64,000 bases of DNA from Podarcis liolepis (Eukaryota): assembly GCA_965112155.1 (NCBI GenBank), contig OZ218103.1; one strand, given 5' to 3'. Below are positions 12,801 to 27,611 of the stretch, one piece after another. The first letter of the stretch is position 1, and every line of letters starts with the position of its first letter. The notes beneath the pieces are model-generated. The model saw only the letters and a program-made list of their open reading frames with translations. It had not been told where the DNA came from and ran no database searches. Position numbers and translations under genes: made by a program.

Positions 12801-15800
12801 CATCTGTGTCATGTGTGACGGAGCCTCCTATTAAAGCATTATTTTATGAATCTCTGATAAGCAAATTCACTGATTGGTAATTAGATTCACCCCCTGCCTT
12901 AATTGCAGTTTAATTAATATCGGACTCAAAATATAAAAGTGAAAATGAAACTAAATCTATATTCAGTAGTTTAAGCTGCATCCTGGTTCTTCATTGCCTT
13001 GGTTCCCTGAGCAACATCTTGGCTCCTCTAGGGCTTGAAAATACCAGCTGCCACTGAACCCATGCAGGAGTGGCAGGACAGGGCTGCTTACTGGGATGGG
13101 GAAGGGCAGCGGGGAAGTTGGGAATGTGCAGCCGAACCAACGGAAGCACTAGATTGGCTCTGCCTGTGCTCCTGCACAGCTCCAACCTCACCACTGCTCT
13201 GCCCCGGTAGGTGCCAGTAACACCTGTGTCAGGAAAGTGGCTTTGTTGCACCACCGAGGCTGCTCCTTGGTCCATAAAAGGGTGTGGCAGAGTAAGAGTG
13301 GAGCTCCTGCAGGACATTGTTAGTCTCCCACCCATCACCTGGACTAGGATCAGGGCAGATTTCTTAACCTGTGATCTCTGAATGGGGGTAAACCTTTACT
13401 GACAAGACCAAGCACAATTCTAGTGGACTAGACTCACTAGACTGAACTGGAAGTGTAGTAGCCATTTCCTTTCCTTCTGCTGCCCATGCCTTGCTGTTCC
13501 AGCAATGACCCCTTTACTCACTGAAGTGTAGTAATAAGCATGAGGCAAGTGGGTTAAAGTTCAACAGAGCATGCTCCAGGCACCATGAATTTTCATTGTC
13601 ACGATTTTTCACCCAGCTTTTTCTGTGCACAGAGACAGTCTGGTGTAGGGAACTTGGGTTTTTTTTTGTTATCTAATGTCAAGCATCCAGATGCAGAGAT
13701 GCTGATAATTTCTACAAAGTAGAAGCATTGTTCAGCTCTTCACAAAGCTGCCTTTGAAGCATTTCAAAGGTTTGAAAATAGAATCTATTTTTTTCCTGGC
13801 TTGTGCAAATTGACTGCAACACGACAATGCAGAATGCTTTCTAATTTCACGGGAGTGCTCTACAACAGAGTGCTTCATAAATATTGCTTTGTCCTCTCCA
13901 AGTGCAAGCTACCCCCCCCCCCCGTAGCTTCAAAGAGAGGAAGGAAAGCTGGTAAACTGCATCTCTCAGTTTTAAGCTCAACTTCTTCTGACTCTACAAG
14001 AATTTCCTTTTAGTCTTGTGGCATCCTCTGCATTTAATTGTGCAAGGCACATCAACTGGGCTACCAGCTGCTCTTGCAAACCAATTGCATGCCTTGCAGC
14101 ATTCCTGAATATAAGCATGAAGAGTAAAAGACACTGAATGTGTGAGGATGGGGAGGAACTTAGCAGAACTATACTGATAAACTTAAAATGGAAAGACATG
14201 AGGCTCTGAGAAAGAAAAACAGAAGCCTGTTCTTTAGGGCATGATTATTCTTTCTTAATAAAACACTCCAGATGAGCCATTAAAGAGTCTGGCTCCTGTT
14301 CCTTGGAGTGAGCATTACATAGGAGGAGAGTTACCTGCAAAACAAAATCTTACCTGTCTCCAGATGCTCCAAGATGTGAAACCTCTTAAACAGTAGCTAA
14401 AGCAAGACGATTCTCCAAAGTCAGTGCGAGACAAGTCACCCATTAAGTACAATTCCAGGGTCCGGTAGTCTCAGTGATTCCTCCCTGAATGCACTCAGAA
14501 CTATACAAGCAGGCAGGCATGTGCGCGCACGCACACACACACACACACTGGTCACATGCATGTGTGGGGCCTCAGACTTTCCAGAAGTAGGAGGCTTTGC
14601 CTGGCAAACCAGAAATTTGTCTTGTTGTTTCCTTCTGTTCTTTCCTGCTGCTGGATGAAGGGGGGAATAGAATTTGCCATCTAACAGCAAGTAGCTGAGC
14701 CATGAACATTCTTGCCATATAGATATTCAGGAAGCAGCTTGTTTTTTAACACCACTTTAGGGAAAAGAAGATTAAGCCCCACCCTACTGAATTGCATTTT
14801 TTCATTTGATGGTTGGTTGTCGCAAAGGTACTTTAGAAGCTTGCTGTTGCCTAAAGTGGTAGAAAGGCATCTGTGTCTATTTACATCACTTGGGGTTGAC
14901 TTGCACTCTAGTCAGCCTGGATATTGGTCTATTATGCCTTAAACTGTCGGCCATCCTGGTGATGTCTGTCTGTTAAGCCACCATTAGCCATAGCCATATG
15001 TGTACCAAAGGTAGTAATTTTGTTCATTCCGGGGAAAAGGTATTCCAAAAGTGATTGAATAATGTGGCCCTGCAATCATTGCCCTTACAGTGCATTTCTG
15101 TCTGTCTTTGTGATCCTGAAACTGCTTCACATAGCTCCCAATTGAGCCTTCCTGGAAGTTGAAGGCCCAGTCCATTAGCTAGGATTAAATTATTCCTTGG
15201 ATATTGCATGTCCTCTGCATGGACATCTCCTAACCTTCCTTCAAGCTCACTAGATTCCCTGGACCCAGCAGCTGATGGTTGCTTGTACAGTATGTGTTCA
15301 TTGCCTGGAACAGAGAATTGCACTGTTTTAGAAACATGGTTTCTCTCTGCTGATATGTACACAAGAAAAGCTGGGCACGGATCAGCACCAGAAGATGGAC
15401 AAATATGGAGTGTATGTCATCCAGACTGTTCGCTGAGTCTAGGGGATCACTACATGGCAGATGTGTGTCTTCAGCCTAAAGTAGTATGTTTTAAAGCTCT
15501 TGGGAGCTCAGAAGGGTCTAGCACTGACAGTTATCCTAGCTCATTTCATGAGCTCCTGGGTTTAAGAACAAATGATTAATAGCACTGTAAGTGTCATACC
15601 TATAACGACAGCAAGGAACTGAAATTTTATCCTCTAGTATTGTTTGGTCTTATCATTCCTTCATTATTGGTCACTTATTATAAGCTGGTGTGTCTGCTTC
15701 CTATTTGGCTTCAATGCCCTTACACTGCAGTGATGCTTGTTCTTTAGTGAAAACAAAAATTAACTGCAGAAATATTGCAGTACTGGTTTGCCTAAGAGAA

Positions 15801-15831
15801 TGGTTCTCATTTCCTGTTTTGAATGCAATAG

Positions 15832-16239
<408 letters not shown>

Positions 16240-16481
16240 TAGATTGCATACTATAGGAAGCATAGTGCCCGTTGCTAGTTTGTCACTAGAAAGGTCCACC
16301 CAGAGGAACATAAATCAACTTATTTTAATCCTATGAAATAAATAAATGTAGCCACTAAGTAATAAGGGAACTAAGGCTGTTGATAGCTTCATCACACCAT
16401 GACATACCAAATTTATCCCTGGCTTAGATATCCCTGCCATCGCCAAACACTGATATCACAAGTGCATTATATCATGTATGA

Positions 16482-16712
16482 CAGGGATGTCCAACCAATA
16501 GATTGCGATCTACTGGTAGATCCCCGGCTGATCCTGGTAGATCGTGGGATCCATATCGTGTACAAAAAGTTACGGGGGAAAAGCTCAATAACTCTGGGCA
16601 ATCTACCCACACCATGCATGCTCCTCCTCCCTCCAGTGACAGTGGGTAGATCACTGCCAGTTTTTTTTATACTGGGAGTAGATCACAGTCTCTTGGGAGT
16701 TGGACATGCCTG
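16482..16712. mobile_element. hAT-family MITE
   Basis: TIRs cagggatgtccaac / gttggacatgcctg (1 mismatch); 8-bp TSD atgtatga / atgtgtga. Confidence 0.8.
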
Positions 16713-17792
16713 ATGTGTGATATTCAGGTCATTTTGAGTTGATGAATGTGTAGCACACATACATTACATACACATACATTTTCTGCTGTTCTAAAAAACT
16801 GGGTTGACAGAGCCCTTAGTTGGTGGTAGAAAGAAAACAGTCCATTTTTTGGTACGTTTTTAGATAGATGATGATGTAGTCCTGGAATTATCTATTGGTG
16901 TATGGGTCTGGCAGACATAGCCCATCCCTGCACTTCTGCCAATCAGCAGAGAAGTTGGGAGTGGTCCTCTCCATTGCAGTCCCTGAGGTGCTATGAAGAG
17001 AAAAACACTATATGTGCTCTTCAAAGATCAGTTTTCAGAGAGCGAACTCTGAAGAGCAGAGAGAGCAGTTTCCCCTCCCATTGAAACACTGGGGTATGAG
17101 GAGCTGCTGCCAGCCCAGTGCTGTGGTGGCAAGGAAAGCCCTCCATTTCCAGAGGTTCCTCTTCTCCATCTAGCATGGTGCCTTTGCCAGGTTTTATCCA
17201 TTTGAATCTCCTTCCTTCAACTAGAGCCCATTCTTTTTCCTGTATTGCACCATATTGCTGAATCAGCAACAATACTTGAAACTGAACTTAGATTTGTTCA
17301 TTCAACTCTTAGGGATTTTCTTTCCCAGTGAAGTCGGCTTAATATCTTGACTTGTTCTAAAGGTGTTGACTGTAGTTTTCCTGTTTAGATGAAATGGGAA
17401 ACTATATTGAATGGGAAACTTCCTGGTTTGTTTACTCATGCTTTGGAGGGAATGCCTCATCCATTTCTTGGCTTATTAAGCCAAGATATGATTATCCAAA
17501 CTCTCCCACTGTGCAGGTCTTCCACACTACTTCTCATACTTCCTGTTTAACCATTGCATTGTAGAGAATGAAGCAAAGCCACCCTTAGAAATGAGACCAT
17601 GGAGCCGAAACTGCTCCGTCTACTTTCCTCTTGCAGGTAGCTAAGTGGGGAATGAGGGTGAGGCAAAAGAAATGGGCCAGTTTCAAAGCAGGAACATCTT
17701 AGGATTCGATAAATGGTAGATTTCGTCTGTTGAAGTCAGATTGTGCCTCTCTCTTGATTCTCAAGGGAGAGATTTCCTAGTTTGGATTGAAC

Positions 17793-17841
<49 letters not shown>
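17793..17841. repeat. (AAT)n microsatellite at LINE tail
   Basis: ~16 AAT units abutting the L2-like fragment. Confidence 0.95.
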
Positions 17842-17842
<1 letters not shown>

Positions 17843-18183
17843 TATTGTTTGTACCCCGCCCATCTGGCTGGGTTTCCCCAGTCACTCTGAGTGGTTTCCA
17901 ACAAAGATTAAAATGCAATAAAATGTCACACATTAAAAACTTCCCTAAACAGGGCTGCCTTCAGATGTCTTCTAAATGTCAGGTAGTTGTTTATCTCTTT
18001 GACATCTGATGGGAGGGCGTTCCACAGGGCGGGCGCCACTACCAAGAAGGCTCTCTGCCTGGTTCCCTGTAGCTTTGCTTCTCACAGTGAGGGGACCGCT
18101 AGAAGGCCCTTGGCACTGGACCTCAGTGTCCAGGCAGAACGATGGGGGTGGAGATGCTCCTTCAGGTATACTGGGCCAAGACC
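17842..18183 (-). mobile_element. L2-like LINE 3' fragment
   Basis: Highly similar to the second copy at 45841-46410, whose minus strand reads RAFSVAAPILWNA, typical of an L2 ORF2 C-terminus. Confidence 0.75.
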
Positions 18184-18360
18184 TGAATAGACTCAGGTTA
18201 GATGAGGCTTGCTTCTTAGTGATGTGTCTTCACAACTATTTAAGGTAGCATGTTGGCCCATAGAAGTATGTAGTTCCACAGGCATGCAAAATATAGTTCC
18301 CATCTCTAAATGCATTCTGCATGTAACTGAAATAACACCTCTTTTCCTCCGCTGCCTTAG

Positions 18361-18609
<249 letters not shown>

Positions 18610-19284
18610 TGATGGGCTGCATGACATTTGCTGGTCTGCTCTGGGCAAGTGGCTTCTGGAGGTAGCTAGAAACTGTACAGAGGTAGGAATGAGCATTCCA
18701 TAGGCAGCTGTGTACATGAGAGAAAGAATTATTTTGAGGGGAAGTTGATTCAAGAAGTAAACTTTTCCTTTCAGATTTAGCGACACAGGAAACTTCCTGA
18801 TACCAGGTCAGTTTATTTGTCCAACTAGCTTCGTATTCTCCACAGCTATCCAGGGTCTCTGACAGAAGCCTTTTTCTCATCATCTGCCAGATTCTAATTT
18901 AATTGGAAATGCCAGCAATTGAATGTGGGAGCTTTTTATGCAAAGCATATGCTCTAAACTATGGTGCCTCCCCAAGATATGGTTGTCCCCGTCCCCTTTT
19001 CACAGGCTTGAATTGCAATTTAATATCTGAGTTTGGAGAAACTTTTGCCCTCATGTTCTTTATCTGCATAGGAAATGAGTAATGCATAGAAAGCTAGCTT
19101 GCCTGCAGGCTGCATCTTTGCCTTTTAGCAGCCAGGGCAAGTGCCTGCCACTGTCAGTTAGCGTAATAGAGGCCTGTAGGCTGCCATGCAAACAGCCTCT
19201 TTGAACTTTGCTTGTGGCTGAAAACTGGGGAAGAGATTTATATTCCAAGACAATCTGCCATAGCCTTTTATTTGGGAGATGGTG

Positions 19285-20363
19285 GTTGAGTTTGGATGTC
19301 ACAACAAACCATGGTTTATCTTGATGAGAAAGAGCTGCAGTGAGCCTTTAGCACTCTTTCCCCTCGCCCTCCCCCCGCCTGGCCGGGCTGCAAGAAAGAG
19401 ATTGGAAGCTTCAGCTTCCATTTTTCACTGACTGCAGTTTAACCAATGCTTTGACGTGGGCTTGTCTCAAACAAACCATGGTTAGGATTAACCACAATTT
19501 GTCAGTTTGGGACAAAATGACAAGTTTTGGTTAATGTGAAACAAAAGTGAAGCTTCCAAGCTCTTCATGACTGCTAGTAATGGGGAGTGTGTGAACTCGA
19601 ATTGTGGATTGTTCCTAGAATCCTAGAATCATAGAATCATAGAGTTGGAAGAGACCACAAGGGCCATCGAGTCCAACCCCCTGTGAAGCAGGAAACCCCA
19701 TCAGAGCACTCCTGACATATGGTTGTCAAGCCTCTGCTTAAAGACCTCCAAAAAAGGAGACTCCACCACACTCCTTGGCAGCAAATTCCACTGTCGAACA
19801 GCTCTTACTGTCAGGAAGTTCTTCCTAATGTTTAGGTGGAATCTTCTTTCTTGTAGTTTGGATCCATTGCTCCGTGTCCGCTTCTCTGCAGCAGCAGAAA
19901 ACAACCTTTCTCCCTCCTCTATGTGACATCCTTTTATATATTTGAACACGGCTATCATATCACCCCTTAACCTCCTCTTCTCCAGGCTAAACATGCCCAG
20001 CTCCCTTAGCCGTTCCTCATAAGGCATCGTTTCCAGGCCTTTGACCATTTTGGTTGTCCTCCTCTGGACACGTTCCAGTTTGTCAGTGTCCTTCTTGAAT
20101 TGTGGTGCCCAGAACTGGACACAGTACTCCAGGTGAGGTCTGACCAGAGCAGAATACAGTGGCACTATTACTTCCCTTGATCTAGATGCTATACTCCTAT
20201 TGATGCAGCCCAGAATTGCATTGGCTTTTTTAGCTGCTGCGTCACACTGTTGGCTCATGTCAAGTTTGTGGTCAACCAAGACTCCTAGATCTTTTTCACA
20301 TGTACTCCTGTCATAATAAAGTTGATCAAATAAACCGTGTTTATTATGATGTCCAAATGCAAC
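19285..20363. mobile_element. palindromic (fold-back) MITE-like element interrupted by CR1
   Basis: Left end gttgagtttggatgtcacaacaaaccatggtttat pairs with right end ataaaccgtgtttattatgatgtccaaatgcaac; inner arms ttggaagcttca / tgaagcttccaa. Confidence 0.65.
19616..20306 (-). mobile_element. CR1 LINE, 5'-truncated 3' fragment with uninterrupted ORF2 C-terminus
   Basis: ORF 19701-20279 ([19 protein letters not shown]...[11 protein letters not shown]...VRQWNLLP) and an (ATTCTATG)n tail. Confidence 0.95.
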
Positions 20364-23300
20364 TGCTATATCTCTCAGGGCAGCTAGTATTTATCCTTCA
20401 AGCCAAGAAGCCTGCTGTTTCTATCGGCCAAATTGAGTAGTGTTTGATCCCAATTTGAAATGAAAATAGTGTTGCAGCCCAGGCCTGAAGTACAGCCGAG
20501 TTTGTACTGTTAGAGGTGATGAGAGGAATATTCTTGCCAGGCTGAACCCAGCACTGTGTTTGATCTTTAACAGAGAGAAAGAGAGAGAGACCAGGAGTGC
20601 AGTTCTGTATATCGGAATACTCAGTGCAACTCGTCAGTATAAATGTGTATATTTTCATGTATAATCTTGGCTGGGATAGCAGTAAGAGAGGGGGACACAG
20701 AGAGGCAAGGGAAAGAAGGACTGAGAGCCTTGGAGCAAGGAAATATGTGCCCACTGACCCCTGAAGAGAGCTCTGAAGTCCAGACTCCCCTTTCACAATT
20801 TGTTTCTAAGTCTTTAGCATATACTGCCTACATGTTTTCACGGGTTTTCTTTGCATTCATGAGAGAAAGTCTGTCTTTCAAGGTTTGTGCCAGATCCAGC
20901 AAAATCCTGTGGAAGCAACACTTCATAAGTGGGACCGCAAACCTGTCAGCCCAAAGCAGTCTGGGTTATCTGTATGGAAAGGCATAATGAGGATTGAAGA
21001 AACTGTTCTTTGCACTTCTGGTTTAAAGTATGCATTGCTACCTTTTAGAGATGGTTTGCAGATTGTCATTCTCCCTTCTTTTGGGCAAGCCAGACAATTC
21101 CTATCCTTAGCCCCCCACCCCAGCTGCCATGTCTGTTTGGGCTGTGTGGAGCATGGTCGCAAGAGTGTTGCAGGTACATATTAAATCATGCTCACAACAT
21201 CAGTTAGGTGACAAACAGCATGGGCTTCTTCTCCTTATTTGGAGGCTGAGCGCTTTCCCCACTATGCCATTGCTGTGGTGTGTGTGCGCACGCATGTGCT
21301 TGCCCAACCATTTAAACATAAAGAGAGAGGCAAGCACCATCAAGAGAGGAGGGAATGTGTGAGCCAGAGGCTCATTCATGTAATGCCAAATAATGGTTTG
21401 TGGAGCAAGGCTGTCCCAACCCTGCTCCTTAGACCTTTTCTGCCTCTTACGGACCTTATGAAAATTATGTATTCCTTCTCTCCAGAGCCAAAGAATACAT
21501 CTCCCTTTTAAAGGCTGCAAACAACACTGGTCCACTGCCCCTCAGTGAGGCACTTCAACCTTTTCCTTTATAGGTTGGGGGGGGCACCAAGTTAGAAAGC
21601 ATTCTTTTATATTCCAGAAAGGCCTTGCTGATCTTTGCAGGAAGAAGAAAGCTGGCCGTCCTGAACTACATGCTTTCAAGCGCAGGCTGAATTATTCCAC
21701 TTGAAAACCTCTATCTAGTTTGCAGTGTGAACTGAGATCTATGTTAAGCATAACAGCATCAGCAAAGGTTCATCTAGCCTGGGAAGCCCAAAAGCAAGAC
21801 ATGAGCTCAATAGCCCTCTCTGCATCTTGCTTTCCAGCAACTGGTATTCAGATCCATGGTTCACGGAAAGGAGGGCTTTTATTCCCAGTAACGTCAGACA
21901 TTTCTTTAAAGCACAAATGGTGTGTGCAGATTATTCTGCCAGTTGAAACACAAGAGCAAAGCTAATATTGCCATTGCATGAGAATCTTTGGAGCTTTAAT
22001 TGCTGCAGTGCACTATTGGAGATTAGATTCTAATTGTGAGAAGTAGATTGAAAACAGTTGGACTACAGCTTGACCTTAATCTCTCTGGAGACAGTTTATG
22101 TATTTCCTTTGTTTACAGTTGGGGATTGGGCTAGGTTTGCAGGGGGGTGGGGTAGAGAGAATAAAATGAGGGGGAAATAGGCTTAGTTCAGATGAAACAC
22201 AAAACAAACAAGCCTCAGGCTCCACAAGCTCCAATTACCTCCCACACTTCCTGGTTTTCCATAAACTATAATTTGCCATTTTGTTTGGACTCAAGTCAAT
22301 AGAGGAAGAGGAGGGAATGTGTGAGCCCAAGGCTTGTTCTTGTAGTGCCAGATTATGGTTTGGCATTATTACATCTGGACTTTGGGTTTTGGTTTCAGTT
22401 CAGTCAGTGGCACTGTGGTCACCTCTAGTCTCTCCTTATGATGGTGGTGTTCAAGATTCCTGTCCTCAGAAACATCTGCACATTGCGGAGGGTCTTGGGA
22501 GTGTGTTTCTAGGCACATTCTCAGTTTGTGTCAGCACCAGTGAGGCCTGAGGGGGTGGTCTAAGCTGCAACTCTATGCATGGACAAGTCCTTTCTCTGCC
22601 ATTACAAATAATATCCTTATAGGCATCTGTGAAATCCTGGCCATGGAAAACTGTGGTCTTAAGAGAAAAATGGTAAAGTTTTCCTTTTCTTAATATACTA
22701 TCTTCCTAATAAAAATTCTTTTTTAAAAAGATCTAAAGGATAGACAATAGTTGAGTATACGTATGCCTATGCGAGAGAGATTTTGAAAGAGAGAAGAAGG
22801 TTGTGCTAAGAATTTTTTAATGAGATTTTATGAAAATGTATTTAATAAATAAATACATTGGTAACAGTATACTATTTTGAGTGGAAGGAGCAGCTTTTTT
22901 ATAAAGTGCAGCTAAAGGGTTTACGGTGAGACAGTTTTCTGGAATTGTGTCTGTTTTAAATGGATTGTGTCTATTTAATATTTTTAAGTGGGGCTATAGC
23001 TTAAAAGAGAATGTGCTTTGTATTCATAAGATCCCAGGATTCCTCTCCAGGTTAAAAAAGGACACAAGGAATTATTCTGGGTGGATTGGACATTACTGGT
23101 AGATGAACCAGCACTGGAAGGCAAGTTCATGTGTTCAAGATGATATGGGCAATTTTAATATATGCACCTTTTCAAGGTGATATGGAAAAGCCAGTTGTGC
23201 AGTGACATAAATAGCAGTACTGATTACTAGGGCTTTTAGTATATGTACCACTTGGGCTAATTTTAGACTTAACCACTCCCATGTGAACACTGCTGTGTCC

Positions 23301-26300
23301 TTTTCCATGGTGCTTTCTGTGAAGCTGTAACATTTAAATACTGCTTACATCGTGCATGTCACCCAGTCATTGGAAAGTAGTCTGAAAGGCAAGGTATAAC
23401 ATTTTCAGATTAGATAGAGTGCCCATGCACACCAGCACTGACATCTCCAAGGATATGCCCGCACAGTTGGGTGGTGCACAAGACATGGAGCATTTAAACA
23501 CACCACATTGAAATGTCCTTTCGGCAGCTCTTACATGAATGTGATAACCTTAAAAATGTCTCAAACTCAAGCAAGCATTGATAACATTAGTCATATTCCA
23601 TGAGTTCTCAGTCTGAAGAGAGAAACACACTTTAGCTAAAATCTACCTGTGTTTTGGAAAGGGTGGATCTTCATCATTCATATGAGAACCAACTAAAACA
23701 TTTTTTAAAAACTGGTCAAACAAAGCTTAGTCCCCTAAATCAAATAATCAAGTGTTCAGCGTGCATACAGAGGCTAGGTGAGGGCAGGGCAGTTGAAGAC
23801 TGCAGACCTAGAGACAGGCGAAGCATCGTAGGCTACCACAGATTGCAGACTAAGCTTAGTTTGCAGAATGAGTTGCTGCAGAACATGCAAAGCACAGCAT
23901 CCATACAGGTTGTCAGTTTTTCATTGCTCTTAGGCTCTGAAATAATGGTGTCAGCAGCAGTCAGGGCTTGCGCTAGAAAGACTATACAGAATATACTGGT
24001 TCTCATTCCATTTCCTTCAAAGCATATCCATCTGGACCTCTATCAAAGGTAACATAAGGTGGACATCTGGAAGCTTACTTTGTATTGGTATTGTCCAAGA
24101 GGTAGGATACTATTGAGGATTGAACATACGCCAGATTCAGGAGTTCAGGTCAGGGATGTCTTGTTATTACTTGCACACTTTTCAGAAACCAAACATGGGC
24201 AAGTGCAATCTGATCCCCTCCCTCCCTCCCTCCCTCCCTTCCTTCCTTCCTTCCTGGTAGCAAAGCATTCTAAGTCTCACTTCAGTGGCAGTTCATGCAT
24301 ATCAAACTTGTGTAATAGTGGTTTCATTTGCATATCATGGTAGACAAAGCTATGACTTACCAGGACTGTGAAAAGATGCTTGTTCGTGGAGAGGAACTCA
24401 TACCTGCTTTGTTCCTCTCTAGTCTTTTTAAAACAGTGCAGCAGCTAAGCCAAGGAAACCTGGAATCATGGTTAAGGTTTGTTCTCCTTAACTATGATCT
24501 GTTTGCTTTCATCACTTGTAATCCTTTGGATCTAACTCATTTGATGGAATACACTCAGTTAATTCTGCTGCCACTTTTTGTGGGCATCAAATAGGTCTTG
24601 CAGATCTTAGGGACATGTGTAGCTTGTCAGTTAGCTAACCAAATTCCTATACAGTTCTCACATGCAAGTTTGCCATCTATGCATAGAAACAAATTCTGCA
24701 CTCCAACTCCTGGATTCTGTCATTCCAAATCTGAATAAAGTTCTCTCTTTCTTTTTCTCATCGTGTCCCCTGCTGCAAAAGTGCACATTCATGCAACAAA
24801 TCACTTATGAAGAGGTAAATAGATATTCAAATTGGACACAACCAGAGGAAAGGCATAGGCCCAGCCAGCCTTGTTCACACCGGATAGCTATGATGGTTTA
24901 TAATTAACATCATATTTCTGTCTATATAAAAATATCAATGTTTGTAAGTTGAAGTTGGATATTTGCTGAAATAGAGACATTCTAAACAGTGCCAATGTAG
25001 GTTTCTGCTGTTCCCACACAAGTTGACAAACTATTTTTGTTGATTCTATAAGTCGGCTATGGTATCTTGAGGAAGCATTGCATATTTCCAAGTTGGCACT
25101 GCTGCAGTTTCAGCATCCACAAGAGAGATGTACAACTTTGATATGAATGAATAGCAAATTATACATTTATTGTCCAAGAAACATAATTGTGCAGAAATTA
25201 TTTGTGCTTTAGTACTTCAAGGAAGTACCACGATGTTAGTGGGCTCTGACCAGGGTTCTGTGTTAAGTCATATGTTGATGACACAAATTCTGTGTAGCTT
25301 ATTACCCTCCCCCAACACAGTAACTAGTATCAGATTTCAGAACAGGGCAATTAGAGAGCGGTCTATCCCCTGTCATTCACTTCCAGCAGCCTGAGGTTTA
25401 GATCAGCTGTTTTGTATAAACCCAAAGGAGAGTTTAGAAACCTGCCACCCAGGAGCCAGCTCTGTGAATTACTTTATGCTGAGCATTGTGGCACTCTCCC
25501 AGCCCTTTATCAAAAGAACTGACTCTTTAAATTGGCAGCGTTGGGGAAACAGCCCTGCTGCAGGCCATTGAACTCCATGGGAGGACTTGCCGGCTGGGAG
25601 ACTTCAAAAGCCAGATCTATAGAGCTGCACTCTTTTACCCTGTATGAGGAAAGGGAAAGAGACTCTTAGAAGTTCAAGGGTGGCTGCCCTGTATTTGTGG
25701 TTGGGCCCCAAAAGGAAATGCCAGGAACTGCCCCCAAACAGTTCCATGCCGCTGCTGTTCAGAATGCTCTGGAGGCGGGAAAAAGTCCTGCTCGTTCTCC
25801 AGAGATTTGTGGAAAAGTCTGAGCCGCTTAAAAGAAGGCTGGAGAAGGAGATTAACAGACTCTCAAGTGGGGGTGAGGGCAAGATGAACAAAACAGAATG
25901 GGCAGACATGGATGGCTTTTGCTGCCCTATAGCCCAAACCTGCAGCCTACCAGATCTGAACAGAGCCCACCATCTGTGTGTGGAAGCCCACCAGGTCCTT
26001 GGCAGAGTTCCTGTTTTAGCAAACAGGCAAGTACCAGAGCCCCTGGTAGCCCCACACATAGCTGGTGGGCTCTGTGTTGCTTAGTAGGTCATATATTATG
26101 CAGACCTGCTGCAGTCTCTGGCTGCGAGTGGAATTGGTAATTTCCCAAGCCAGCAGGAAGAGTCCCAGTCAGTGCCAGTTGTGAGAGGAGAGCAGCCTGC
26201 TTAGTTGGAGTTATGCAAAGCTCAAGATTAGCTCTGGATATAATGATACCTTTTCCTTACAGCATGTTCTGTTGGTGGAAATGTATGCAGGTTTTTGAGT

Positions 26301-26654
26301 TACATAGAACTCCTGCAGGCCGTGAAATTGGCCCAATCAAACATATAACTGTGTGTGCATGCATGTGTGTGTGCTTTAGGACTACCATAAACAGCTTTCT
26401 GCTATAGAGCTTTCACTGAAGGCTGAATTCTCTTCCTTGGCTGGAATAAGGTTCTGTACCACAGGACCAAAAGCTTGACACTATTTTTAGTATGCTATGG
26501 TTGAAATTGTCTTGCCTTTGCATGTAACTAAAATAAAAGCATCAATGAGGTAGACTGCAGTCCACAAAAACGTATGCCATAATAAATTTGTTAGTCTTTA
26601 AAGTGCCACAAAACTTTCTATTATTATTAACAAAGAGGCATTGTATGTTGCTTT

Positions 26655-26750
26655 AGGGCAGATGTGGCTATTCTGTGGCTCTCCAGATGTTGCTGGACTA
26701 TAGCTCCCATCAGCTCCTGGTAAGGGATGATGAGAGTTGTAGTCCAAAAA
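26655..26750. mobile_element. short palindromic hAT-like MITE family member (related copies ~33075-33185, ~45115-45220, ~53905-54045, ~57150-57265)
   Basis: Shared motif ctccagatgttgctggact...ctcccatca...tgatgggagttgtagtcc, imperfectly self-complementary. Confidence 0.6.
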
Positions 26751-27353
26751 CTTACATAACTATCTCTTCCTTGCCTCTTCTATGTATTCTGATCACTCTT
26801 TTGTTTGACAGCTATGCCAAGATCACAGTAAGGAGTATTATGACAGCAGGGTGCTGTGAAAAACTTCAAGTTTGGGGAGAGTAGTTTTCAGAAATTAACA
26901 TCAAAAACCTCTTCAATGTAAATAGACTGGAGAACAATGGTAGATGAAATGTCATTGTGATATTTCTTTTCTAAAGTGGAGCAATCGTTTACTGGGTAAA
27001 AATCAGGGTATCATTTGGAACTTCTGACTCTTGGGCTTGCTGCAGTATTTTAAAGCAGTCTTTGATGTGCAGTTCAAACAGGAATTTTGTCCTGGCAGAT
27101 CGAAATAATCTCAGATGCATACGCAATTATTGTCTCCCAATTTCCATCTCTCAAGAATACAGTGGAGTTTCTGTATGGAAAAATGTTGACTTTAGCTATT
27201 TATTTGCTTTTATAAATCCTCCCTCCCAATGTGCAGTGCATTTCCCTGAAGCAAGATGTGGATGTTTCTTTAAAAAAAATTCCCCAGGCAGGGAAACAAT
27301 GTAGGGGCTGGGGGTAACCTTGCTGCATGCTTACACAAGATATCAGTGAATAA

Positions 27354-27611
<258 letters not shown>

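Noticed and set aside
25604-26140. Overlapping 146/151-aa ORFs in ZSWIM5 intron 4
   Set aside because: No recognisable domain or splice context, and I could not define TE termini
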